Made by a program: the position numbers and the translations under genes. From Lama guanicoe (lineage: Eukaryota), in the NCBI GenBank assembly GCA_013239625.1, contig MU054220.1:5750626-5814625 (forward strand): a stretch of DNA of 64,000 nt. Direction: 5' to 3'. The notes beneath the pieces were generated by a model. It saw only the letters and a list, made by a program, of their open reading frames with translations, had not been told where the DNA came from and made no database searches. Shown piece by piece: positions 37,115 through 50,469 of this stretch; positions within the stretch are counted from its first letter, which is position 1, and the number at the start of each line of letters is the position of its first letter.

Positions 37115-37400
37115 CACAGTGGAAATAGCAAATGCTTTGAAGTCAGAATGAACCATATGTGAACAAAGTATCCATCATTTCTTATCTGTGGAGCCTTGAA
37201 TAAGATGCTAAACTTTCTGAACTTCAGCTTTCTTACTTGTGGACTGGGAATAGTAATACTTCAGAGGATTGTTCTATGAAGTCAGATATTATATAAAAGC
37301 TGCTGTATATGCTTGGTGCATAGTACGTGCTCACTACATTATATAGTAGCAACATAGCAGCAGTGGTAGTTACAGCAGTAGTAGTGGTAACGGTAGCTGC
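37115..37400 (+). mobile_element. MIR SINE with (TAG/CAG)-expanded tail
   Basis: gctttgaagtcaga...ccttgaataag...gcttggtgcatagta. Confidence 0.7.
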
Positions 37401-37458
37401 TGCATTACATTGGAACATCTGGAACGTTTAATATCCTTATCTGCACAGCAGGTGGTCT

Positions 37459-37874
37459 GTACAGATCTAGTGCTTACCCAAATCTTGCTCCTGTCCCTCC
37501 TATGCTCCTGGAGTAGTACTACACATCCTAAACCACTTGTGATTAGGAAGGGCAACATGCTGGTTTTGACCAATAAACTATAACTATTCACAGAATCTAT
37601 GTGCTTCATTTCTAGGATTTCTAGGCAAAAGTATGAAATAACTAGCAGGTGACCCTTTGATTCTCTCTTCTTTTAATGATCACTAAGGCCCTATTCAAGA
37701 TGGAATAACTACGAGATAATGAAATCTCCACCAGCTTAGATTCTGAGTGGAACAAAACTCCGGATGACCTATGGGTATAGTATATGATAAATAAATACAC
37801 TTGGAATGTGATAAACTAGTGAAAATTGGGGATATTTATCACTACAGCATTACCTAATTTGTACTGACTAATAC
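37459..37874 (+). mobile_element. MLT1I/J-like MaLR LTR
   Basis: Ends ...atcactacagcattacctaatttgtactgactaataca. Confidence 0.75.
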
Positions 37875-38441
37875 ATTTGAGTAATAGTTAATGCTAATTT
37901 TCAGAACAAGAGCAATTCTAATCATTTCTTCTCTTAGAAGGTCTTTATGGACAATAACTCCCTGATGACTAACATAAAATTAAGGCAATAGGACCTCAAT
38001 AACAACAAAATAAAATATTTCTTGTTCTGTGAACCCTAGAAACATAAGACAGACAATATAATTATAAAACCTGATAAAGAGTTTGAGTACTTTAAATAGA
38101 TTATTATAGATAAAATTGAGCTCAAATGGTCTCCTCACTTATTTGAAAAGATTGGGTACTTCAGGTTTAAAGGAATTATTTGTGTGTCGGTATGTGTAGT
38201 TATTAATGTAGAGACTTAGTTGGCTTTTCTGAATGGTGATCTAAAAAAAAAAAAACCCAAAATACAAAAAAACAAACTAACAACCTAGTGGAGATTGGAA
38301 TTGAAATTACTTTCTCTTTAACAGACACTTAAATACGTAATGGGGTGAGTGTGATGTGACCATTTGTTGCTCGGTATCTGAGAGGCCCTCATTCATCACC
38401 GTCCTCTTGATGGGTGCCTTTAGATAAGTCATGATATTAAG

Positions 38442-38700
38442 GACACTTTGCCTAGTGGTTAAAAGCCTGAATCTTGAGCCAGACTGCCTAATTCAAGTGA
38501 TATCTCTGTTATTAGCTGTGTAACCTTAGGCAATGGACTTAAAATCTCTGTTTCTTAGTTTCTTTATTGATAGAATGTGGATACTAATAGTATATATTCT
38601 ATAAATAGTTGTGCAAATTAAATGTGGTAAAACATCTAAAGAACTTATTAAAGTACCAAGCATATGCATAGTAACATTTCAGTAACTATTAGCTTTTTGT
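38442..38700 (+). mobile_element. MIR SINE, near full length
   Basis: agtggttaaaagc...gagccagactgcct...tagctgtgtaaccttaggcaa. Confidence 0.85.
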
Positions 38701-38924
38701 ATTATCCGTCTCTCTGGGACTCTGTTTTATTATCTTTAAAATAAAATGATTGGACTAAATGATCCATTAAAGTCCTGTTATTTTTTTTCTTCCAAGAATG
38801 AATGTTCCATGAGTGCAGGACCTAAGACCGTATTTGTCTCATTATATTCTCATAACCTAATAAATTCTAATACAAAAGACACTCAGTAAATATTTATTAA
38901 ATACACAAATCAATGACTTTATAA

Positions 38925-39155
38925 TAACGGCCACTATTTGTTGAGGATTTAAACATGCCACACACTGTTCTAGATTCGATTATCTTAAATTCTCACAATG
39001 AACAAATGAAATAAGTACTACTGTTACCTCATATTACAGATGAAGAAGTGATATAAAAAGATGTTAGATCTAACTATTTCAAGGTCATACAACATAATGA
39101 GTAAAGAGCAGGGGAAGAATAGGACTTGGATTTAGATGTTTGACATCTGAGTTCC
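38925..39155 (-). mobile_element. MIR SINE
   Basis: ttctcacaatgaac...ttacagatgaagaa...caaggtcatacaac. Confidence 0.75.
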
Positions 39156-41329
39156 TAAATAAAATCTTTTTTTCTTCAGTATTGTTATGAAGACCATTTA
39201 TAATGTAACTGTGAAGCTGATTAATAAAAGCTGAAGTCAACTCTTGAAACAGTGCTTCCATTACTCACAGCTCTACAACATGGCGGTCATCTCTGAACTG
39301 TCTGTGCTGCTCATTAAGGAATGAATTTTTTGAGCACTAAGATTGCATTTATCCTGTCTCAGCACAATATCTGACACGTAATAGGTACGCAGTATATGCT
39401 GATGGATGAAGGAATGAATAGCAATTAGAAACCTGGGGGTTGCAGAGGAAGACTTTGACAGGTTATACTTCAAGGGTTATTTTATATAAAATTACCAATG
39501 TCATGATTCCATTTGACTCTATGCCAGATATCTATATATTTTATTTGCTCAACCATCACAAAAATGTAAGGTGGGAACTGTTAACCAAGTTTACAGATGA
39601 GGGTATTAACTCAACCAAAATGCTGAAGTTTTTTATCTCCTAACTTCTGGTTATTTCTACCACATTAAATTAGCATGTAAATTAGTAAAGTGTTTTTTTT
39701 TAATTTAAAGGAATATTCAGTGTAGTTCTCTCCATTATAATAACTCCAGTGACGATTGTGCACTTCTCAGGAATGTGAGGGCACAGAGAGTTGTAGTATT
39801 ATGAGTAGGCAGTGACCCACTTGTAGCTTCACATTATTTTTATTTCCTCCATTTTATTATCAAGCAAGCCTGAGATTAATAATTGTTAAGTGATTTGATT
39901 TGAAATGGGCACTCAGTTCAGTTCCTCAATTTACCAGCCTCTTTGAATCATTAGCATTTTATAGAAGACAAATTGTTTCCAGGTCTTTTACAGAGTAATT
40001 GGCCCTGAATATCTGTGGTCAGAGACTGTGTAAGCTGTATGAAGGGGTTTGGTGCCTCCCAAAAGGCATTCAAGGAAATTACCTATTAGGTGGGTGAGGT
40101 GGCACCCAGGAACCAAATGCCTGTGGTACCTCCCACATTTGTGCCCCAGCAGTTCAGCTCAGCATGGTGACCAGAAACAGAAGCTCAGTATCTCACTGTT
40201 ATAGACAGGCTGTTCAAAATTGAGTGGATCAATGCTTTGATTAAAGCCTCAAGATGCCAGCCAGTCAGGGTGGTCAAAATGTTTAGTCCTATTGACATTC
40301 TCCTGTAAACCACTGAACCATTTGGTCAATAGACCAGAATTCTGGATTAGAGAATAATAATTGTGGCTGGCCAATTGGTAATGGATTCTCTCAACCATCT
40401 CCCAGGGAACTTGTTGCACTATTTTAAAGCAGCACATTTGGAAGGCTCCACTCCAGTGCTTCACAAAATCATTCTTGGAGCGTGAGACAATTCGATTTAA
40501 TATAAAACAGAAATGGAACATTAATATGGAACTATTTTCCTGGCAATCAATGTACTTTGTAGGAAAAATGGCAAACTGATTTTGAGGAAAGATTCACAGA
40601 CCTATGGATGAGTGATGAGAACTTAGTTTTTTTTTTCTCTTTTACTTTTCAAACAATACGTTAAGTATTTAAGGGGAATATAAGTACCAAATCACATTTT
40701 AAAATATGTTTCTTATACTGTCCCTTTCCTTACAATCTCTTGAAAATAAATAGCGTTTCTAATTCTTCAGATGTTATGTTTCTAAACAAATCATAAAGCC
40801 AGGACTTGGTTTATATATAAAGTTGACAAATTCTAGCACCAAGTCCCATTGACTAGAAATCAGTGTAATATATGTTTCTGCAGGGACTTACAGTTTCTTC
40901 AATCTTACCCTTCTTGTATAAGCAGAAAACATTTTCTGAAAGCTGGATACTAGTTCCTTAATATGGTTTGAAAATATCTTAAAGCACAAAAGACACAAGG
41001 ATAAAGGGCCCTTCTTCTCTTCCTATCTGGCCATTCAGGAATAGAAAAATGTTACTCAGATTCTGGAGGTGTGTGTTTCTTTATATCAATCACCTTTCAA
41101 GAAGATATTTTGAGGCCGAATGGAAAGACATGGAATAAATCATAATAAAATAAGAAGAAATCAGGGTTCCAAGCTGGTAAAGGGAGGCACAAGAAGGGTT
41201 AGGAATTTTAGTACTGTGCTGTAAGCTTTTGAAAAATTATTAGAACCTTGTTGAAATTTTGCCATCAGCTGCTAACAACCAAAGCAAAGAGAAGATTCCA
41301 ATATGTGTAAGGTTAAAACAACCAGAGCT

Positions 41330-41715
41330 CAGCTGAAGCAAGGAGTGTTAAAATTACAAAGTCAACTGTTTCCCAACAGTCAATGTAATAATTGATCTAG
41401 ACAAGCATTATCAAAGATTGCTAAACCTATTAAGTAAAATACTTCTAGGGAACAGGATTCATATGGTCTCAAAGTATCTCCCCACAGTTAACCTAATACT
41501 TTCAAAGAATAAATATACCTTTATATGAAATGATTCAGTAGGCACATTAACCAGTTTATCAATCTTGGCATCATTAATGGTGGGAAGACCTTACCATATA
41601 TGTCTCCTTGTGTGATGCAAAAAGAAATAAGCAGCATCTCTATTTAATATTCCTACCATAACTGTTTAACTTGATTCTCGTGATGAGGAAACGCACAAAT
41701 TCAGAATGTGAGAGG
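41330..41715 (+). mobile_element. L1MC4/5-like 3'UTR
   Basis: ggtctcaaagtatctccccaca...atgaggaaacgcacaaattcagaatgtgag. Confidence 0.7.
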
Positions 41716-42769
41716 ATCTGATTTCCTAGTTGTAAGTATCCCTATGTCAAGGGGAACACTTTCTATAATAATGTTTTCATCCCACCCACAACAAATGCTT
41801 GTGATTCAATGGTCCTAAACCGAGCTTCAAGGATACCTATTACTTTGAACATTAGCTTTATTCTTAGCTGCTTTTTCCTTCCTTAGGCTATACAAGTCAC
41901 CTGTCTGTCTTATCTATTCAGTCAGTGAAGCACACAGACTGCCATAAGGTGGCAAGTTAGTTGCTTTAATTTTTTCTTAAATAATTATTGTAACCTCCAA
42001 TATGACTTCTGAAATTGACATAGGAATCGCCAGTGCCCAGCTAGCATTACACAAGCAAGGTTGATATCTCCCAGGGCTTAGTGGAAGTGTGTTCTTAGGC
42101 TGTATCCCAAGAGCATGCCTGCTATAGAAAATGATAAGTCTTATGAGAATGGAGGATATCAATTCTAAATGTTCCCAGAGATAAACGGTGTCTCCTGGTG
42201 GTTATTTTTGTGACCTGATCTTATTTTCCCCAAATGGGCAATTACTTGCGGTCAGAAATTTTCTAACTTTTATGTGTTTCCATTGCCATAAAAAGGCATC
42301 TAATTAGTCTTGTTGAATTGGTGGATCAAGAAGAAATGAGACAATAAATATAGCTGGGGCATGCTCCATAGTTTTTCTGTCACTGTCTGTTGAAAAGTTT
42401 CTGTGACTTTAATCAGATTTCTTCATTTGGTAGGGATCATTTACAAGAGACACCAAATAAAAAAAAAAAAACATACTCATTAGATTTCCCCTGGGGAGAC
42501 AATTTTGGAAGTTATAATTCTCTACTCTAAGTGTGAACAACTTCACCATGATAAGAAGGCTTCACACGGATAATGACAATAATGCAGTTTAATCTTTAAA
42601 GCACCCAGCCTGAAGGCCTCCAAAGTGGAAAACAGATGTGCTGTATGTACATCTTCCCATTTTCTCCAGCAATACAACCAATTTACAGAGAGCTAGGGCA
42701 TCAGATGGGGCTCAAAGAAGAGCCTGTCTAATGGCCTGATCTCCTAATATTCAGGAGAGGGAAAATCAT

Positions 42770-42972
42770 GACAGTAATAATTTATTGAACACTTAGGATG
42801 CACCCAGCACCTTGGTAGGCAGTTTGCATACATAGCAACACTCTGAATTTTATGCTATTGTCATCTTCATTCTATCACTGAGAAAACTAGAACCTAAAGA
42901 GATTAAGAGAACTGTCCAACGGCACAAATGTGAAGTAGAGATCAGGCAGGTCTCATCTAGAGACCATTCTCC
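42770..42972 (-). mobile_element. MIR SINE
   Basis: atttattgaacactta...tgagaaaactagaacctaaagagattaag. Confidence 0.7.
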
Positions 42973-43528
42973 TAAACGAAGGAAACCACCAAACTGTGTT
43001 AGGGTTCATTGAGTTTCCACAGGTTTATTTTCGTGCATTAGTCTAAGTCTTTATGACCGCACTCAAGGTAGACATTATAGTAAGTGTGGAGATATGGAAG
43101 TTGAGGCTCAAAGATGTGAAATACCTTTCCACCATCATTCTTCTTATAACTGGTTAATGCTTGCACATGTGGTGTCACTTGCAAAACAGTGTCCTTTAAA
43201 GTGTATCATGCTGTCTCTATCTTTTGCTGATTGAGTTTTTCTCTTCTTGTCTGGCTTTCTCTTATGCCTCTAATTTATATAGATTGACATGAAATTATAT
43301 GAAATACTTGGGCTTAAAGTTCTATCATAGATAATCCTAGGATGATCAGAAAATATGACCAAAGTAAATGGAATTTATGTCAAGCTTGGGGAAAAAAATA
43401 GTAGTCCCAGGTTCTAATGGTAATCAGAACAGATTGAACTAATCTTAAACTTTTAAACCAGAATATTACACAAATAGCAAGGACCATGTTTTATACTATT
43501 TTCTGTGTGAAATAGTGCTGTAAGCCAC

Positions 43529-44010
43529 TGTGGAAAGATTAATTTTCCCTCAATATATAATCTCTCCTTCCTTTTAATCATAAAACTCCTCAACCACCAA
43601 ACATGACTTTGCTCACATGACGATTCACATGATCACTCAGACACTGCATTTCCAGGCTCTTCATGGAAATAATCTGATTCTGTGAGTGAGTTAGTTACAT
43701 GGAATATGAGAATAAAAATTGCTTGTTCTCTGTTTCTCCTCTGTCCCTTTCTTTGTGTCCAAAAGAGAAAGTGGTGCTAAGAGGATAGATTCAACCATGA
43801 AGACATGAAACAGTCACCTTAGTGAATAGTGGGATGACAAGATGGAAGGGAACTGGATTCCTAGGCAACTTTATGAAGCAGAACTGCCCACCTACTATGG
43901 GCTCTTTGCTTACTCCTAGACCAAAAGAGAAATAAACATTTATTTTGCTTAAGTGTCTGTATTTTGAGATATCTTTGTTACCTGAGCTTAGCATGTATCT
44001 AATTAGATCA
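43529..44010 (+). mobile_element. MLT1J-like MaLR LTR
   Basis: gacaagatggaagggaactggattcct...agagaaataaacatttattttgcttaag. Confidence 0.75.
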
Positions 44011-44128
44011 GTGTTTACTGTAATAAAACTCAATATCCATTGTGTTAATCAAGAAAGTTTTAAGAATTATACATTATTTTGTATACTAACCTCTATATTT
44101 TCTAATAGCTCCATGGTGATATACTACA

Positions 44129-44498
44129 GGTATTATGGGTTAACTTGTGTAACCTAAAAATTCATTTGAACTCCTCTTAAAATATGTCTGTATATGGAGT
44201 CTTAGAATATGACTGTGCATGGAGATAGGATTTTTAAAATGGTTATTGTGGTTAAATAGGGTTATCTGGGAGGGCCCTAATCCAATATGACTGGTGTTCC
44301 TATAAGAAGTGATTAGGACACAGACACAGTAAAAACCATGTGAAGACAAAGGGAGAAGACAGTCATCTACAAGCCAAAGAGAGAGGCCTCAGAAGGATCT
44401 CAGACTTCTATCCTTTAGAGTTATGAGGAAATAAATTTCTGTTGTTTAAGTTACCCAGTCTGCAGTGCTTTGTTATGACAGCCATAGCAAATTAACAC
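44129..44498 (+). mobile_element. MLT1A MaLR solo LTR
   Basis: gggccctaatccaatatgactggtgttcctataagaag...aataaatttctgttgtttaag...gcaaattaacaca. Confidence 0.9.
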
Positions 44499-44879
44499 AC
44501 ATGGGAAAAGAGATTCGGAGTCTTCTAAGAACTCCAAAATATGGGCAATAAAATACTCTCATGAGAATTGTATTAGATAAATCAATGAATAAAAGAGGAG
44601 AGATGAGAAACAAATCATGTAAGTAAGTTTGAAGAGCACCTACTATGTACCAGGGATTATTTTATGAGTTGAGGATAAAGCAAAGTCCAAGACAGATTGA
44701 ATTCATTAATCCATTATTTCCTGGTGCTCAAAATTTTATTTAAAAGACAAAAATAATCAACATGAAGAATGACATATTGAGGGAGAGTAGTCTCCCTCGT
44801 TTGGGGATTTATAGAGGATCTAAGCAGCAGTTTTTGTCCTAATACCTAAATGACAAAAAAGTCATCCAATCTATATCTG

Positions 44880-45477
44880 TGACTGTTGTAGATGTGAGTT
44901 GTTGTATGTAATCATAATAACCACAAAGGAAAAACATACAGTAAATACACGAAAGATAAAGAGAAAGGAATATAAGCATACCACTAAAGAAATTCATCAA
45001 ACCAAAAATGAAAAGAGTGAGAGAAGAAGAGAGGAACCACAAAAATAGTAAGTAAACAGTTAACAAAATAGCAGTAAGTGCATATCTATCAATAATTACT
45101 AAATTTTCCAACAAAAAGACATAGAGGGGCTGAATGGATTAAAAAACAAACAAAAACCCCAAGGGCCATCTACATGCTATCTACAAGAGACTAACTTTAG
45201 ATATAAGGACACACACAGACTGAAAGTCATGAGATGAAAAAAGATATTTCATTCAAATGGAAACCAAATAAAAGCTGGAGTAGCTATACTTATATCAGAT
45301 AAAATAGACTTTAAAACAAGGACTGTAAAAAGAGACAAAAAAGGCCATTACATAATGATTAAGGAGTCAATTAAACAAAAGGAGATCACATTTGTAAGTA
45401 TTTATGCACCCAATATAGGAACATCTAAAACATACACAACATTGTAAGCTGACTACACTTCAATAAAAATATGTATA

Positions 45478-45514
<37 letters not shown>

Positions 45515-46135
45515 AACAAATATTAACAGAACTAAAGGAAGAAATAAAATCTGCAGATTCAATGCAATTCCCCATAAAAATTCCAATGGCATTTTTTCAC
45601 AAAAATAGAATAAACAATCTTGAAGTTTGTATGGAACTACAAAAGGTCCTTAAATAGCCAAAGCAATATTGAGAAAGAACAAAGCTAAGGCATCATGCTC
45701 CCTGATTTCAAAATAAATTACAAAGCTATAGCAATTAAAATAGCATGCTGTTGGCTTAAAAACAGACACATAGATCAATAGTCCAGAATATAGAGCCCTG
45801 AGATAAACTCACATATATATGGTGGCATAATTTATAACAAAGGATATGGGAACATACAATGGATAAAGGGGAGTCTATTCAATGAATGGTGTTGAAAACC
45901 GGACAGCCACATGCAAAAAATGAAGCTGGACATTATCTTATACCATACAAAAAATTAACTCAAAATGGATTAAAGACTTGAACATAAGACCTGAAACCAT
46001 AAAACTCCTAGAGGAAAATATATGCAGTAAGCTCCTTGACATAGGTCTTGGTGATGATTTTTTCAGTTTGACACCAGAAGCAAAAGCAATGAAAGTAAAA
46101 ATAAACAAGTGGGACTACATGGAACTAAAAACCTT
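44880..46135 (+). mobile_element. Older L1, outer element (inter-ORF, EN region, internally deleted ORF2); resumes at about 48942-49033
   Basis: ORF2 start region, aaaatagactttaaaac, then gattcaatgcaattccc...ggaactaaaaacctt; continues aaaaccttctgcacagctaaggaaac. Confidence 0.88.
45432..45512 (+). mobile_element. Tiny L1 3' terminus with (TAAA)n tail inside the outer L1
   Basis: acacaacattgtaagctgactacacttcaataaaa plus tail, interrupting the EN region. Confidence 0.8.
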
Positions 46136-48941
46136 TAGATGTTGTTAAAAAAAAAAAAAAGAAAAGTAAAAGCAACGAAACTAAAAGCAGGTTGTTTGAA
46201 AAGATAAACAAAATTGATAAACCTTTAGCCAGACTCACCAAGAAAAAAGGAGAGGGCCCAAATCAGTAAAATCAGAAATGAAAACTGGCACCACAGAAAT
46301 ATAAAGGATCATAAGAAACTATTATGGGCAACTATACGCCAATAAAATGGACAATCTAGAAGAAATGGAAAAATTCTTAGAAAGGTACAATCTCACAAGT
46401 TTGAACCATGAAGAAAATTACAGGCCAATATAACTGATTGACATAGATGCAAAATTCCTCAACAAAATACTAGTAAACTGACTCCAAGAATTCATTAAAA
46501 GAATCATACACCATGGTCAAATGGGATTTATTACAGGGGTGCAAGGATTTTTTTCAGTATCCCCAAGTCAATCAACAGTGTGATACACCACATGAACAAA
46601 TAGATGACTACAAACCATATGATCATCTCGACAGATGCAGAAAAAGCTTTTGATTAAATTCAACATCCATTTATGATAAAAACTCTTCAGAAAGTGGGCA
46701 TAGAGGGAGCATACCTCAATATCATAAAGGCCCTATAGGACAAACCCAAAGCAAACATCATACTCAAGGATGAAAAACTAAAATCATTTCATCTAAGCTC
46801 AGAAATAAGAAAAGGATGCCTTCTCTTGCCACTTCTATTCAACACAGTTTTGGAAGTCCTAACCACAGCAATCAGAGAAGAAGAAATAAAAGGAATCTAA
46901 ATTGGAAAAAAAAGCAAAACTGTCACTATTTGCAGATGACATGATACTAAACATAAAAAATTCTAAAGACACTCCCAGCAAACTACTAGAGCTCATCAAT
47001 GAATTTGGTAAAGTTGCAGGATACAAAATTAATACCCCCAAATTTGTTGCATTTCTATTCACTAACAACAAAATATCAGAAAGCAAAATTAAGGAAGCAA
47101 TCCCATTTACCAGCACATCAAAAAGAATAAAACACCTAAAAATAAACCTGCTTAAGGAGACGTAAGACCTGTATCTGAAAACCATGAGACACTGATGGAA
47201 GAAATTGAAGACAACATAACAAAAGGAAAGATATACCATGGTCTTGGATTGGAAGAATCAATATTGTTAAAATGGCCACACTACCCAAGGCAATGTACAG
47301 ATTCAGTGCAATCCCTATCAGATTACTAGTGGCATTTTCACAGAACTGGAACAAAAAAAATTTAAATTTGTATGGAAATGCAAAAGCCCCTGAATAGCCA
47401 AAATAATCTTGAGAAAAAAGAATGGAGCTGGAGGAGACATACTCCCTGACTTCAGACTATACTACAATGCTACAGTCATCAGAACAGTGTGATATTGGCA
47501 CAAAAGCAGACACATAGATCAATGGAACAGTATAGAAAGTTCAGAAATAGACCCATGCACTTATAGTCAATTAATCTATGACAAAGGAGGCAAGAATATA
47601 AGATGGAGAAAAGACAGTCTCTTTAATAAGTGGTGCTGGGAAAACTGGACAGCTACATGTAAAAGAATGAAATTAGAACATTCTCTAACACCATATACAA
47701 AAATAAACTCAAAATGGATTAAAGACTTAAGTATATGGCATGCTGCCATAAAACTCCTAGAAGAGAACACTCTTTGACATAAATTACAGCAGTGTTTTTG
47801 GATCTGTCTCCTAGAGTAATGGAAATAAAAACAACAGTAAACAAATGGGACCTAATTAGGCTTAAAAGCTTTTGCACAGCAATGAAACCATAAAAAAGAC
47901 AACCTATAGAATGGGAGAAGACATTTGTAAACAATACAACAGACAAGGGATTGGTTTCCAAAATATACAAGCAGCTCACACAGCTCAATATCAACAAAAC
48001 AAACAAACAACCCAATCAAAAAATGGGCAGAAAATCTAACTAGACTTTTCTCCAAAAAGACATACAGATGGCCAACAGGCACATGAAAAGATGGTCAACA
48101 TCACTAATTATTAGAGAAATGAAGATCAAAACTACACTGAGGTATCACCTCACATCAGTCAAAATGGCCATCATCAAGAAGTCTACAAATAATAAATACT
48201 GGAAGGGGTGTGGAGAAAAAGGAACCCTCCTACACTATTGGTGGGAATGAAAATTGGTGCAGTCACTATGAAGACAGTGTAGAGTTTCCTTAAAAAAGCT
48301 GAAAGTAGACTTACCATATGAATTAGCAATCCCATTTCTAGGCATATATCTGGAGAAAACTCAAATTTGAAAAGAGACATGCACCCCAATGTTCACAGCA
48401 GCACTTTTTACAATAGCCAAGACAGGGAAGAGATCTAAGTGTCCATGGAGAAATGAATGGATAAAAAACAATGCAGTGTGTGTGTGTGTGTGTGTGTATG
48501 TATATGTATGTGGAACACTACTCAGACATACAGAAGAATGAAATGATGCCTAGAGATTATCATACTAAGTGAAGTAAGTCAGACAAAGACAAATATCATA
48601 TGCTATCACTTATGTGTGGAATCTTAAAAAAACAACACAAATGAACTCATTTACATAACATAAAGAGACTCACAAACATGGAAAACAAACTTACGGTTAT
48701 TGGTTAGGGGAAGGGAGGGTTAAATTGGGAATTCAGGATTAGCGGATACAATACTATGTACAGAGTAGATAAACAACAAGGTTATATTCAATGGCTTGTA
48801 GTAACCTGTAATGGAAGGAAATAGGAAGAGGAATATGTATATGTTTATATGTATAACTGAATCACTATGCTTTACACCAGAAACCAATACAACATTGTAA
48901 ATCGATTCTACTTCAATTTGAAACAAAAATGAGGAGAAAAT
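46136..48941 (+). mobile_element. 5'-truncated artiodactyl-type L1 (decayed ORF2 RT to 3'UTR) nested in the older L1
   Basis: ORF 46902-47165 contains LSLFADDMIL (RT) and ELINEFGKVAGYKIN; multiple stops and frameshifts; complete 3'UTR; TSD aaaacctt at 46128-46135 / 48942-48949. Confidence 0.95.
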
Positions 48942-49033
48942 AAAACCTTCTGCACAGCTAAGGAAACAACACAATGAAAAGGCAACATACTGAATGGGAG
49001 AAAATATTTGCAAATTATATATCTAATGAGGGG

Positions 49034-49619
49034 TATGTATTCTCTAAGATGGAAGCTTTCTCTACAGTTTTTTTGAGTTCTTATCAGAATCTCCTTTAAA
49101 ATTGTATTCATGGCAAGCTAAGATTTTTTTCAAAAAAAAAACCCATGCATCTCAATACCCTTCCAGTCTCTACCCATTGCCCAATTCCAAAGCCACTTCC
49201 ACATATTTAGGTATTTGTTACAGCAGAATGACATTCTTAGCACCATTTTCTATCTTACACTAAGATTTAGCCTGCCTAGTAACAAATACCGTAGACTGGT
49301 ATCTTAAACAACAAATATTTACTTCTCAGTTACGTAGGCTGGATATCTGAGATCATGGTGCCAGTGTATTTTGTGTCCTGTGAGAGCTCTCCTCCTGGAT
49401 TGCAGACAGCCACCTTCTTGCTGTGTCCTCACACGAAGGAGAGATTATTCCTCTCATATTTCTCTTTATAGGACAGGGATCCTGTCATAGGGACTTCACC
49501 CCAGTGACCTTAACTAAACTGAATTACCTCCCAGAATTCTCACCTTTTAATAATTAAGACTTAAGTGTATGAATTTTGGTTGAGGAGGGGAGGAGACACA
49601 TACATTTGGTCCATAGTGT
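49034..49619 (-). mobile_element. MLT1A LTR (about 49251-49619) plus start of the MaLR internal region
   Basis: aacaaataccgtagactgg...cttcttgctgtgtcctcaca; the internal part reads gctgtaacaaatacctaaatatgtggaagtggctttggaa on the minus strand. Confidence 0.85.
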
Positions 49620-49629
49620 CACTCTTCTT

Positions 49630-49918
49630 CCCATCTTTCAAATGTCATCAAAATGTCACCACCTCTGGGTGTTTCCTTGCATTCAGGGACAAAACGTAAT
49701 TGCTGCCCTCTCCAGGTTGTCTCAGCATATGGTTATACCTTTAATATGGCACCTATTACATTGACATTGTATTTTTCTGCTCTGGAGTCTGCTTCCCCTC
49801 AAAAATAGGGAACATTAGTGAATTTGTGACTATGTCTTATTTAGCCTTATAACCTTTATGCCTATCATAGGCTCTGGCATCTAGTAGATTCTCAGTAAAT
49901 GTTGTTGAGGGAATAAAT
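49630..49918 (+). mobile_element. L2 3' end
   Basis: ctggcatctagtagattctcagtaaatgttgttga. Confidence 0.75.
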
Positions 49919-50469
49919 ATGAGAACTATTTGTGCTTGTTATGTAGGTTATACAATATATATGTTCACAGTAAGAGAGAATGAGGGCAGGATTAGAAGGA
50001 ATTCAGCTATGACCATAAATGAAGATGCCCTGGTGGAATTCTGAAGAAAATTTGAAAATTAAAGAAATTTCCTTGCTCATTTCCAATTGCCTTTTGCAAA
50101 AGGAAAGTCGTGTCAAAACACTTTCTGAAACAGGGTCTTTGTCCTCGCTTCTTTTATAATAAAAACCAAGCTGCCCTTATCTGTAATGTTCCTCATATGT
50201 CCTTCCAGCAATCATGCAACTAAATATTGTCTACAATGATCCCAGCACCTCTGGCATCTCATTAAGCAAAGCTTGGTTTGGTACTTGAGGGAATAACTCG
50301 TCAAAGTCAACAAATTGTGCTGAAGGGCAGCTTCGGTTGCCTCTAATGTAAGAAACCAGTCCTCTGGGAATCTGCAGAGAATAAGCTAGAGACACATCTC
50401 ACACTGAATTATCTGACTCTGAAGCTCAAATTCTTATGATAACAAAGAATAGAACTCATTAAACATTAT

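Noticed and set aside
46902..47165. Reverse transcriptase ORF (FADD motif) as a novel RT system
   Set aside because: It is an ordinary fragment of a frameshifted, 5'-truncated L1 ORF2
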